Shown here in pieces: positions 30,222-40,800 of a stretch of 64,000 nt of DNA. The notes beneath the pieces are model-generated. The model did not search any database and was not told the DNA's origin. It was given only the letters and a program-made list of their open reading frames with translations. A program made the translations under genes and the position numbers. Each line of letters opens with the position of its first letter. Positions within the stretch are counted from its first letter, which is position 1. Source of the stretch: Leptospirales bacterium (GTDB lineage Bacteria; Spirochaetota; Leptospiria; Turneriellales; JAOUFE01); the NCBI GenBank assembly GCA_040326155.1, contig JBEQLE010000007.1, positions 16,990 to 80,989 of the forward strand, read 5' to 3'.

Positions 30222-32132
30222 TTGAACGTAAAGATTAAGAAATATATTCTGCAAAAAAGAAAAGCAATTATACTTGTATCAATGAGTGCTGCTTCAGTCG
30301 CCCTGATACTTCTTGCTCCATTGGCTGGTTCTATAGATTATAACAAGCTAAATTCGACACGGGTATATAACACAAATCAACCCCAGGAAGTTACTTCATT
30401 AATGCATACTTTTCTGGATGAAAAAGGAAACTTACCCGTCGAAAAAGTTGTTATGCAATTACAGCATGAAAATTTTACCGCTATCTCACGCCCAGGATTT
30501 TCAAGCGGGCTTACCACAGGCGCCCGTTGGTTTACTTTTAAACTGTATAATGATAGTGCACAGTCTGTTTCAAAAATCATTGAGTACACTGAAGCCCGAG
30601 TTGGTTTAATTCAATTTTACGAATGGGACGTCGAATCTGGCTATAGCGGGGAACCTGCCCAAGTCTTTGATTTAACAAAACCCTCTATAATACGCCCCGT
30701 TCAGGGCATTCGACCCGGATTTTTATTGAACCTGGATAAAAAACAAACTAAGCAAATACTAATTCGTGTCAGATATAACTCTGAAGGTAAAATCAGCGGC
30801 CCCATATTTACCTCATTTAGAATTTGGAAACCTGAAGCATATATGAATCGGCAATACGCTGAGACCATGATTCACGGCAGCGTTTCAGGAGCGATGATCT
30901 TGCTGGCAATCGTTTCATTTTTTATATTCATTATGAATCGAGATTTGGCCTTTCTATATTATGCGCTATATATGCCAAGCGTTGTTTTTACAATGAACAT
31001 TGCCTCGGGCATGTTTCATGCTCTCGTGACCCCCGCATCTTCTGATTTCGAATGGTTAAATGCCGGTGTAGGACTGGGTTATGTTTTAGCAGTTTTTTAT
31101 GTTCGGGCATTTTTGCGATTAAAAAAGACAGAACCGATCGTGGATAAACTGTTACTTGCCCTCGCTGGTTCAGGGCTTATCGTAATAATCAGTGAATTTA
31201 CCGGGTTCCACGGAATCGCCTTTAAGGTTATGGAAATTACAGGATCTGCTTATATTCTGTTTATCATCGTTGGAATCAGGTCGGCCCTAAAAGATGTGAC
31301 CGGGGCGGCTTTAATGGCGATCTCCTGGGCAATTTTTCAAACATCCATGGTGGTAACGTATCCACTTCGCGACATGGGAATAATTCAAGACAATGTATAT
31401 TCATATTGGGCTGTCTTCGCCGGTCTATCTGTAGATATTGTGTTGCTGGGTTCTGCGATGGCAATGAGGTTACTTGAAATTCAGAAGGCCCGTCATATTG
31501 CAGAAAAAAATAGCCAGTTTCTTGCCGAAAAGACTCTTAAATTACAAGAAGAAGAAAGAGGTCGTATTTCACGATTGCTACATGATGATATCGGTCAATC
31601 TCTTTCATCATTAAAGTTTAAAATCGGCGGTCTACCTAAGAGAATACTGAAAGATTATAACTTAGTGGAACAAACTGATTTAATCAACACCATTATTCAA
31701 AGCACTCGTAAATTATCTCATAGCCTGATACCTGCGTCATTACAGGCAGGCGGTCTTGAGGCTGCGCTCAGTGAATTGGTTCAAACGACCGATATGCCCG
31801 AAAGTCTGAAAATTGAAATGGATATATCACTACTTAATGGCAGGTTTAATACTCAAGTGAATATAGAAATTTTCAGAATTATTCAAGAAGCTTTGTACAA
31901 TACTATTCGACATTCTGATGCCAGTTTCTTCCGGTTGAGAGCGCAGGAAAAAAATAAAGAAATAACAATCACTATCGAAGATAACGGCAAAGGCTTTTCA
32001 CAAAGTAGCTGGAGAACGCCAGGTTTAGGGCTACTACTTATAAAAGAACGAGCCCGTCTATTGGGAGCAAATATTTTTATAGAATCCGATTTAGGAGCGG
32101 GAGTCAAGATAATTCTAAAAATATCAAATTAA
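30222..32132 (+). CDS. 7TM-DISM sensor histidine kinase (NarX/HisKA_3 type), orphan
   Basis: Extracellular domain, 7TM region, EEERGRISRLLHDDIGQ, RIIQEAL, DNGKGF, GLGL; start codon uncertain. Confidence 0.88.
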   Translation: MNVKIKKYILQKRKAIILVSMSAASVALILLAPLAGSIDYNKLNSTRVYNTNQPQEVTSLMHTFLDEKGNLPVEKVVMQLQHENFTAISRPGFSSGLTTGARWFTFKLYNDSAQSVSKIIEYTEARVGLIQFYEWDVESGYSGEPAQVFDLTKPSIIRPVQGIRPGFLLNLDKKQTKQILIRVRYNSEGKISGPIFTSFRIWKPEAYMNRQYAETMIHGSVSGAMILLAIVSFFIFIMNRDLAFLYYALYMPSVVFTMNIASGMFHALVTPASSDFEWLNAGVGLGYVLAVFYVRAFLRLKKTEPIVDKLLLALAGSGLIVIISEFTGFHGIAFKVMEITGSAYILFIIVGIRSALKDVTGAALMAISWAIFQTSMVVTYPLRDMGIIQDNVYSYWAVFAGLSVDIVLLGSAMAMRLLEIQKARHIAEKNSQFLAEKTLKLQEEERGRISRLLHDDIGQSLSSLKFKIGGLPKRILKDYNLVEQTDLINTIIQSTRKLSHSLIPASLQAGGLEAALSELVQTTDMPESLKIEMDISLLNGRFNTQVNIEIFRIIQEALYNTIRHSDASFFRLRAQEKNKEITITIEDNGKGFSQSSWRTPGLGLLLIKERARLLGANIFIESDLGAGVKIILKISN

Positions 32133-32293
32133 TATTCATTTTTCTTGGCACCAAGAAAACTTCATAGCGCCAGACTCAGTGCAAACCTCTCAAACAGTAA
32201 GCATTTCTAAAGGTAATAGAATCCAAATATCATAGAATTAAAAATAATCTGAAAGAGCTTTATTGAAATGTTATCTGTTTCGGATATCTAACA

Positions 32294-33012
32294 TTATTCA
32301 GAATATTCTTTACTCATATCAATGACTATTCTGCCTGTGGCTTTATGCGCCGCAAGATGTTTCAGGGCATCTTTCAACTCTTCGAATTTCAATGGTATGA
32401 CTCTATCAAATGGAATTTTAATATCATGTTGAATGACGAAACTCAACATTTCATCAATGATCGTTGAAGGAGCCTTCTCGGAAAACTGATATGTTGGACC
32501 TTTTACTTTTGGTAGTCAATGATAAAATCAGCTCCGTTAGACTTTACCGCTGCCACATTTCTTGTGCTGCACAAACTTGTCACAATTGCGCCTTTCGCTT
32601 TTAACATTTGAACAACTACACTGCCAATACCACCGGAGGCTCCGAGAACTAAACATTGATCACCTTTTTTGATTTCTGAATACAAGATCATTCCATAAGC
32701 AACGCAACCGGCAATGATCATGGCGACGACTTCTTGATGAGATAATTCCGTTGGCTTTAATCGGATGTGTTTCTTGTCTAAACATCTATACGTTGCCCAT
32801 GACCCATGTTCATCTGTTGTGCCTGGGATACCAATCACTTCATCGCCAATTTTAAATTCAGTAACCTTTTCGCCTTTTGCAATTATAACTCCTGAAAAAT
32901 TGGAACCCATAACATAAGCATTTTCTTTCGAAACCTGCTTGGGGCCATAGAATCTTCCAAGCGCTGTACCCTGAGCTAATGCAATATCATCCACATGAAG
33001 TGTGGATGCCAA
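32294..33012 (-). pseudogene. MDR/quinone-oxidoreductase-like dehydrogenase remnant, copy 2
   Basis: GSNFSG, FKIGDEV, LVLGASGGIG, GADFIIDY; N-terminus missing, stop after DYQK, C-terminus (ATGRIVIDM) in another frame. Confidence 0.85.
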
Positions 33013-33439
33013 TGTAGTAAAAAAGCATCGAATATAAAATAACGGCTATCGTGAACATTCCGTATTGAAACGATAGGCCTTTACCCGCGATCGCTATTCC
33101 AAAGCTGCACAGCAAAGCCAAAGTCGTCAAGGCGATACCTCTTGCGGCCAATTTAATCGCTGGGTTCATCGGTGTCACCATTTGCGCTTGCATCACGTTT
33201 TGATTTTTATCGTATAACACCAACACGCCCGTGAACATAAAACCCATCATCACGGGATCCGAAAAAACGGTCAAAATGATCAAGTCATCATAGTGCAAGT
33301 TCAGTATATAAAATATCGCCGTATAGGTTCCCGCGATAAAAATACTCATTGTGACGATCGGGTAACGGGCGATCAGTATAAATTCCCATTTGATCGACGA
33401 GAGAAGGTTTTGCCAGTTTTGCAACACCAGGGTTTTCAT
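33013..33439 (-). pseudogene. ABC transporter permease, 3'-truncated (fluoroquinolone-export type)
   Basis: DPVMMGFMFTGVLVLYDK..VTP motif; fused to the dehydrogenase remnant. Confidence 0.75.
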
Positions 33440-34247
33440 AACAACGCCTGCCCGGTGGTTTCGATAAAAACCTGGTCTAAGCTGGCCTCTTCCGTATGTA
33501 TGGTGCGAATATCTTGTTTGTTTAATAGGTCTGCAAATTCTTTATTGTGACCGAGATCTTTCATGTCGAATTTTTTTACTTTTATTTTTTCACCAGAATT
33601 TAAATATTCGACTTTAATCGTTTTTTTACCATAGCGCAGTTTGAGCTCTTGAGCTCTTGAGGTGAATCGATGAGTTTTATTTCTCCGTCGATCAAAAAAG
33701 CTACCTCGTCGCAAAGTTCGTCAGCATCAATCATGTTGTGCGTGGTCAAGAAAATCGTTTTGCCCCGAGATTTTAGATCTAGAATAATATCTTTGATGTT
33801 GCGCGCATTCGATGGGTCAAGACCCGAAGTCGGTTCATCGAGGAATAGAACCTCTGAGTCGTGTAACAAAGCGCGAACAAAGTTTAGACGCATTTTCATG
33901 TCTTTGGAGTACTCGGCGACTTTCCGATCTTTGTCTGCTGAAAGTCCGACCATATCTAGTAACTCGATACCTTTGTATTTTGGTTTTTCATACAAAGAAG
34001 AAAACAGTTCGAGGTTCTCCAGAGTGCTCAGTTTCATGTAGTGATTTGGCAACTCAAAAAAGACACCAATTTTGTTAAACACCTCCCTGCCCCATTGTTC
34101 GAGACTTTTGCCCAGCATCGAAACCGAACCGCTAAAGCCGTCTAAAATTTGCCGGGTAAGTATGGCCTGCGTCGTACTTTTCCCAGAGCCGCTTGGCCCC
34201 AGAAATCCAAATATCTGTCCGACCCCCACAGAAAAATCAAAACCTTT
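33436..34247 (-). pseudogene. ABC transporter ATPase pseudogene
   Basis: GPSGSGKST, LFLDEPTSGLDP; 5' end lost, signature YSKDMK (G to D), frameshift from an 8-bp duplication (ttgagctc x2, 33641-33656). Confidence 0.88.
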
Positions 34248-35993
34248 CTAAATATTAATCGTAAATTCCGTAAACTTTCCAGGGTCAGATTTTACAGTCA
34301 ATTTTCCGCCGTGTTTTTTATTAATAATATCGTGGGCAATGCTAAGGCCCAGACCAATCCCCTGGCCCGATGGTTTTGTTGTAAAAAATGGGTCAAATAT
34401 TTTACGAATTTTGTCTTTTTCTATTCCATCGCCATTATCCTTTATTTTGATTAGGGTATTCTTTTTATTTTTTTCCAGAGTTACTTCTATTACAGGAGTG
34501 TATGTCTTGTTCTTGATTTTATTGCTCTGAGTTACTGCATAGCATGCATTGGATAAAATAATGACAAGACTGATCGATAAATTACCCGGAAAAACATCAG
34601 CAAAGACCTCATTTTGATAATTATTTTTGAATTTTATGTTATTTTTTGCTTTCTTTGAATCAAGAGAGGCCAATGCTATAATGATAGAATCATTTATTAT
34701 TGTTTCAATTTTTACGTTAGATAGATTATCGTTAATATCTCGGGACAGATAAAGCATATTATTAATAATAGCATTGGCACGTTTCCCGTGCTTTTCTATT
34801 TTTAACGTGTTGTTTTCAATCAGGTCAAAATCATCTCTAAGCTCTTGTAATTCAGCTTTTGTAATATTGGATTTTTTTGCCAGCTCCATTTTTTTTGAAT
34901 TAATGATATCATATATTAAACGTGAAAAATTATTTATAAAATTCAATGGGTTTTTCAATTCGTGCGCAATACCTGAAGTCATGTTTCCCAGCGACGCGAG
35001 CTTTTCCTGTTGAACCAATTGATCTCTTGTTTTATTCAGGGTTTTAATTGTTTTCTCCAGCTCTTTTCTTTGCTGAACTTTTTCGGTTACATCATAAAAT
35101 GTAGCGACAGCACCGTTTGACTTGGTCGGGAGTGGTAATTGCACCAGGCCAATGTCAATCGTTTTTGTTACACCTGTAATAAATGACTTATAGGGAACTT
35201 CTTTGAGATCAATGCAATCTTTCTGGCCGGACAATACCGATTCCAGATAAGGGGCCAGGCCGGTATTGTGTTTTTTGTGCGCTTCGAGAACATTCAGACC
35301 CACTCCGGGTTTACTACCGGGAGTGTCAGAGTATCCAAAAAGTTCATTGCTGGCATTGTTGTGATCTACGACAATGCCCTCGCTGTTTACAATAAATATT
35401 GGTACAGATGATTTGTTAAAGATGGCATGAAAAAATGATTTTGTTCTTTCCAATTCACGAACAATCATAGAGACCAGGATTGCCAATAAAAGACACATTG
35501 ATAGAAACATAATCGTGGTATCAAGGTACCATCGAAAGTTATCAGGTTTTACCGGCAGATATTCCGGATGCTGGTATTCTAACGATATTATAAATATATC
35601 AGCAAGGACACAGATAAACAGAAATGATATTCGAGTGGCGCCTTTTAATAGCAGTACCGGGAATAAAAATACGAAAAATTGGGCAGACATGACCCAGGAA
35701 AAAAGGCCGCCCTCAGATATATGAACCGATGTTATTGCAATGATTGCAATCATACACAATGTTTTTTTTAAATAAATATATTTCAATCTTGCGAACAGAT
35801 ATAGAGAAACAAAGGTACTTGATATTATAACGGACTGTATATTCGTGATTGTATCGTTAAAATTCGATGTAAATTTATATAGTCCTACTCCAAATGTCCC
35901 AATAACCGTATTGACGATAATGAATATAAAAATTTTATCCTGTAAATTAAGTTCCCGCAATTCGCCAAATATAAAATATGAAAATTTTTTCAT
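34248..35993 (-). CDS. Membrane PAS sensor histidine kinase (NtrB-like), orphan
   Basis: TM helices, PAS, EKLASLG..IAHELKNPL, DNGDGI, FDPFFTTK, GLGLSI. Confidence 0.9.
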   Translation of the reverse strand: MKKFSYFIFGELRELNLQDKIFIFIIVNTVIGTFGVGLYKFTSNFNDTITNIQSVIISSTFVSLYLFARLKYIYLKKTLCMIAIIAITSVHISEGGLFSWVMSAQFFVFLFPVLLLKGATRISFLFICVLADIFIISLEYQHPEYLPVKPDNFRWYLDTTIMFLSMCLLLAILVSMIVRELERTKSFFHAIFNKSSVPIFIVNSEGIVVDHNNASNELFGYSDTPGSKPGVGLNVLEAHKKHNTGLAPYLESVLSGQKDCIDLKEVPYKSFITGVTKTIDIGLVQLPLPTKSNGAVATFYDVTEKVQQRKELEKTIKTLNKTRDQLVQQEKLASLGNMTSGIAHELKNPLNFINNFSRLIYDIINSKKMELAKKSNITKAELQELRDDFDLIENNTLKIEKHGKRANAIINNMLYLSRDINDNLSNVKIETIINDSIIIALASLDSKKAKNNIKFKNNYQNEVFADVFPGNLSISLVIILSNACYAVTQSNKIKNKTYTPVIEVTLEKNKKNTLIKIKDNGDGIEKDKIRKIFDPFFTTKPSGQGIGLGLSIAHDIINKKHGGKLTVKSDPGKFTEFTINI

Positions 35994-36348
35994 GTCGCCT
36001 CCAGGTTTAAATATTTATCTATAATATTGTAGGTAACGCATATCGTGTAGTTACGTCAACTTGTTTAATCTTATGTTGCCGGGGAATTAGAAATTTCATG
36101 TATCTACAGTCTTTATAACTTTACTTCCCAAACAAAATAGTCTGTCGCTGCTTTTTGCTCTCCTTGTATTTTAGCTTGCCTTGTATTTTCCTTTTATAAC
36201 TTTCAATCCCCAAAAAAATAAAAAAACACAAAAAGGGGTGATATTTACAATACACAAACAAAAATTCATGTTATATGTATAGTTAAAGATGGGAACCTCA
36301 AAATACGATTAGGGATCCGGTCATTATAAAAAGTTATAATGAGGAGAA

Positions 36349-36768
36349 ATGATAAAGAGATAGACAATTTCAAAAATGGCTATTATGTTTGCAAGTGTTA
36401 TGATGGTGGCAAACTGTGCCAATGATGGCGGATCGACTGGCGATTCGAGCAACCAAACCATCACCAACACAGTGGGCAGTGTTAACTTTAACATGATCTA
36501 TGTGCCGGGCGGTTTAACAACACCAACAGCAGAAGATGATTCTACAACAGCTACTGTTGCGAATGCGTATGAAGTTGGTGAAACGGAAGTTACTTACGAG
36601 CTTTGGAGTGCAGTGTACGCATGGGCTACTGCCGGTGCTGGTGGAGCTACAGGTGAAGGTAGTTACACTTTTGAAAATCCCGGTCATCAGGGTAGCATAT
36701 TGAATGGTTGCGCCCGTGCCTCAGTGGGAACAAACCAGCAGCCAGTAACCTGCATGAACTGGCGAGAT
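36349..36768 (+). pseudogene. FGE-sulfatase (SUMF1)-domain lipoprotein remnant
   Basis: RBS GAGGAG + ATG 36349 out of frame with lipobox MVANC; MIYVPGG, ETEVTYELW, QPVTCMNWRD, then homology ends. Confidence 0.75.
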
Positions 36769-36858
36769 ACCTTTGGTTTCAATGGCATTTTCCTGTACCA
36801 GGTACTATTTTATAAATTTTTTAAGATGCTTAGGTGGTTCGACTTTACATGTTTCCAT
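36769..36858 (-). pseudogene. 5' fragment of a probable second AraC-type gene
   Basis: Hand translation METCKVEPPKHLKKFIK*YLVQ, resembling the N-terminus of the adjacent AraC (HSPSLYLSQYILGYYMVE). Confidence 0.4.
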
Positions 36859-36886
36859 AAGTTTTTTCCGTTTATTATAAGGGTAG

Positions 36887-37717
36887 TTAATTCAATCGAT
36901 TTGCAAAAATAGCAGCAAGGCATTCGAAACCAGTTTGTCTGTTTAGTTCAAGGGGACTTAGGCCTGTTGCACTCTTTATGCTGTGGTTGAAATGAGATTG
37001 ATCGTAATAATTCAGATCATAAACCAGGTCAGAGATCTCTAGTTTGTCTTCTTTAGAATGTAATATTCGCGCAATAGCGAACTCCGTTCGAATAATTTTT
37101 GCATATTGCATCGGACTTGTGCCGCATAATTGATTATATTTTTTTATCAAAGTATTTTTTGATAATCCGGTTTTATCTTTTAATTCTTTCATTCTGAGAA
37201 TACCCCTGGTCTTTTGCATGATATCCAGGAGATGTACTTCCGATGATTTGATATTCAAGGATTGCTTTGACAAAAAAGTTGTAATTTCTGTATTCAACAA
37301 TTCTAATTTCGTTTTGCTGTCGGGAATATCACTCAATGCATCGCAAAGCCACAGAAGTGATTTAAACATTTGTTGGTTATCGGCAACTGATTCTACCAAA
37401 TTTACCATATCCTCTCTGAAAACATGTGTAGCTACTTCGGGTATAAACTCCACGGCAACAAAGCGGACGTTTTCACAGTTTTTTCCAAACTCCTTTGGGC
37501 TGGTAAAAACACCCGAATAGGATATGCCTTTACTGTATTCGAGATAATTTTTTTCATCAGAAAAAACTTTTAAATTATCGCCATAGTTTATGATTAAAAA
37601 GGGACGACTCCAGAGTGATAATTTCTGAGAGAACTCACTCAAGTTGCCTTCGACCATGTAATATCCCAAGATATATTGACTCAAGTATAAGGAGGGGCTA
37701 TGATACTCCATTTTCAT
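36887..37717 (-). CDS. AraC-family transcriptional regulator
   Basis: C-terminal HTH GTSPMQY..R, YYDQSHFNHSIKSATGLSP. Confidence 0.88.
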   Translation of the reverse strand: MKMEYHSPSLYLSQYILGYYMVEGNLSEFSQKLSLWSRPFLIINYGDNLKVFSDEKNYLEYSKGISYSGVFTSPKEFGKNCENVRFVAVEFIPEVATHVFREDMVNLVESVADNQQMFKSLLWLCDALSDIPDSKTKLELLNTEITTFLSKQSLNIKSSEVHLLDIMQKTRGILRMKELKDKTGLSKNTLIKKYNQLCGTSPMQYAKIIRTEFAIARILHSKEDKLEISDLVYDLNYYDQSHFNHSIKSATGLSPLELNRQTGFECLAAIFANRLN

Positions 37718-37822
37718 AATAGATTAACTAACTTTTTATAAGTACTCTGTCAATGATTAAAATGATACATAAGTCGAAAGTTTCGAGTTCTGGTTCGCAG
37801 GTATCTACTGATCAATATGAAA

Positions 37823-40800
37823 TCACTGTCTTTCCACGAAATACATATCTAATTCCCCTTTATTTTTAGCTTTTATTTTTCCTCTTGAAGTATAATTAAA
37901 ACTTTCGGGAACCAGACTACGTACTGTAGCAGATACATTGACCTTTCCTTTCTCTCCTGAACTCTCAATTCTGGATGCAATGTTGACAGTATCTCCCCAT
38001 ATGTCATAGGCGAATTTTTTTAAACCGACGACACCGGCCACAACCGAACCGCTGTGAATGCCTATTCTGGCAGAAAACCCGGTCTCTCCTTTTTCTTTTT
38101 TGGAGACCATGTAAGAGTCCAAAAAGTCTCGTATATCAAGCCCGGCATTTATAATGTCTTGTGCATGATTATCCGTTTCAACCGGAAGACCGCTGGCGCA
38201 CATATAAGCATCCCCGATTGTTTTTATTTTTTCAATGCCATACGATTCGATGATCATATCAAATTTACTAAAGCAGGTATCAATTTCATACACCAATTCA
38301 TGCGGGCTCATTAGCTCTGAAATTTTGGTAAAATCGATAAAATCTATAAACATAATAGATGCATTTTCATATTTTTTAACTCGCGCTTTGCCATACTTTT
38401 TTAATTCATTGGCAGTTTCTTCTGGAAGAATATTCAGTAATAAATCATCAGATTTTTTCTTTTCAATCTCAATTTCTTTGGTTCTTGTTTTTACTTTTTC
38501 TTCGAGATTTTCATATAACATGGCATTGTTGATGGAAACTGCAATTTGCCCTGAAAGCAGTTTTAACAATTCGAGGCGATTTTCAGAAAAGGCTTGTTCA
38601 ATAAGATTGTTTTCCAGATATAACATGGCATTAATTTCGCCAAAATGCTTTATTGGCAAACACAGAACAGACTTGGTGCCAGCGCTCTGGATATAAGTAT
38701 CCCTTCCAAAAAGTTTGTCTGTGGTGGCATTGCCCACTACAACGATTTCCCCGGTTCGCGCACAAAACTGCACAATAGAATCAGCCAAAGAGTTTTCCTG
38801 CTTTTCAGAAATTGCTAATAATTGTATACGATCTTCTTTAACCTCAGCCCCTGCAAATACTTTGAAACCCGATTCGTTTTTAATTAAAATAAAACCCCTG
38901 CTCGCGCCTGCATTTTCCAGAGATATCTCCAGCAAATCAGAAGCAAGTTTGTCAAGTAGAAGTGAGCGGCTGATCACCTCTGAAGCTTTTAGTACGGTTT
39001 GTATGTCAAGAGATGAAAACCCCGTACTCGTACTTGTCGATAAACCTTGCTGATCGCCTGGCAAGTTGTCTGTAGCGATAACGTTTTTAGGTGAGACTTC
39101 TTTTTTATACAACGTAGAAATCATCTCGGGCAGCAAGTCGCTGCCCCAGGTCTCATATTTTGATTTAGCGATGCTCTGGTACTCGATGGATTTTTTATCG
39201 CTTTTGTTGTTCTTGTAAAAGTCGGCGAGCCTTTCGCAAATCATTGCTTCAATATGAATATAGTTGTTTTTTTCAGCTGCTTTGATGGCATCTTTATAAA
39301 GCTCTTCTGCGATGCTGTTTTTACCTTGGTACCTTGCGAATTCAGCGTCCATCAATAGAGTAAAGTGCAAAAGATTTTCACCTGCAAAGTCGGCAAGTTT
39401 TTGCAACTTTTTGAAATCTTTTTTAACTTTATTTAAATTCGATTTTTTTTGAACAGTTGAATTTTCAGAGATATAGACAATTCTTGAAAAACAATTGTAT
39501 GCAAAATAGAGTGTGGTGAACATTGTTCCCGGAACACTTGCCAGGTGTTTTTCCATTTCATCGGCGTACATCGTCGCTGTGTGGTATTGTTTAAAGTGTA
39601 CAGCAAGAATCAGTTTACTGATAAATAATTGAGCCAGCTCTGCGAGTTGGTTACTCTTTTTTAAAGCAGGAATCATATCTTCTTCATTGTAGTGCTCCCC
39701 CAATAATACCCAAGGGGTTTGGCTCTTTGATTTAAAATTTAGTACAACCTGGTGCCATAGATGCAACTTACTAAGAACTGATTCTTGATTCAATTTTGAT
39801 ATAATCTCGTTATATTTGGCTATGTCTTGGAGCAGAGGTTCCAGAGGATCTCCGCAGAAAAAACGGGTATAAGTCGTTCCTAGAATTGACCAGGATGTAT
39901 ATTCAAAATCTCCCGTTTCCAGTCCGGTTTTATAGGCTTCCATCAAAAGGGGAATAGTTTCTCTCGGGTGTAGTTTTAGATGCTTTATAAATGAATAAAC
40001 AGAGAAAATTGTCTTTGTTTCAATGAAACGGGTATCGTATTTTTCCAAAATTCCAAGTGCGAGATCGCTAAATGCATATCCTTTGGCAAGCTTTCCCAGA
40101 ATGCCTGACAAGATCAATCCGTAATTCGCATAGGCAAAGGCCGACAGAGGGCTATTCCCTTTTTTGGCAGATAATTCAACCTGGCGCATGACAAATATGG
40201 GCATAAGTGGCGGCAAACTTATATAGGCTGCAGAAAATACCCCTGTCATGATTCTCATCGCAGCCAGAGTTTCAGGACTTTTCATCTCAGGAATAGTTGC
40301 CAATTTTTCAACAGGGTACTTTCTTAAAATAAAATGCGTTCTTACAATGGCCTTTAACACATCAAGATTACCCGGTTTTTTGGGAAACTTTTGTCCCAGT
40401 ATATTCAAGGCAGCAACGGCTACTTGAACAGCTTCAAAGAGTAAATTCTGGGCAATGAGCGCTTCAATTCGTATTTCATAGGCAGCGACTTTGTCAATAT
40501 TAGCTTGAGAATTTTTTTCTAAAATAGTCGTATATTCGTCCATGGAGGAGTAATCTGCGCAGTACAGGGAGCTTTGAGCCGCATAACGGTATAGGTTAAA
40601 AACAGACTCGTAGTGATGTTTCCAGTCAGAACTATCCAGAAGCGAGATCGCTGTTTGACAATATTGTAGACAAGCGCTGAATGCGTTACAAGAGTCGGCT
40701 TTCTTCGCTGCGGCGAGATTCAATTCTATCAGTTCATATTTTTCAACCTCCTTGCTGACGAGATCTTTAGCATGGTTATACTGATTCACAATATCAAACA

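Noticed and set aside
29900..32812. Duplicated segment as a DGR TR/VR pair or transposon direct repeats
   Set aside because: Differences are third-position changes and deletions, not A-specific; both copies are dehydrogenase remnants
36349..36768. Diversity-generating retroelement target (FGE/CLec lipoprotein like Treponema TvpA)
   Set aside because: The C-terminal variable region is missing, and no reverse transcriptase or adenine-mismatched TR/VR pair was seen
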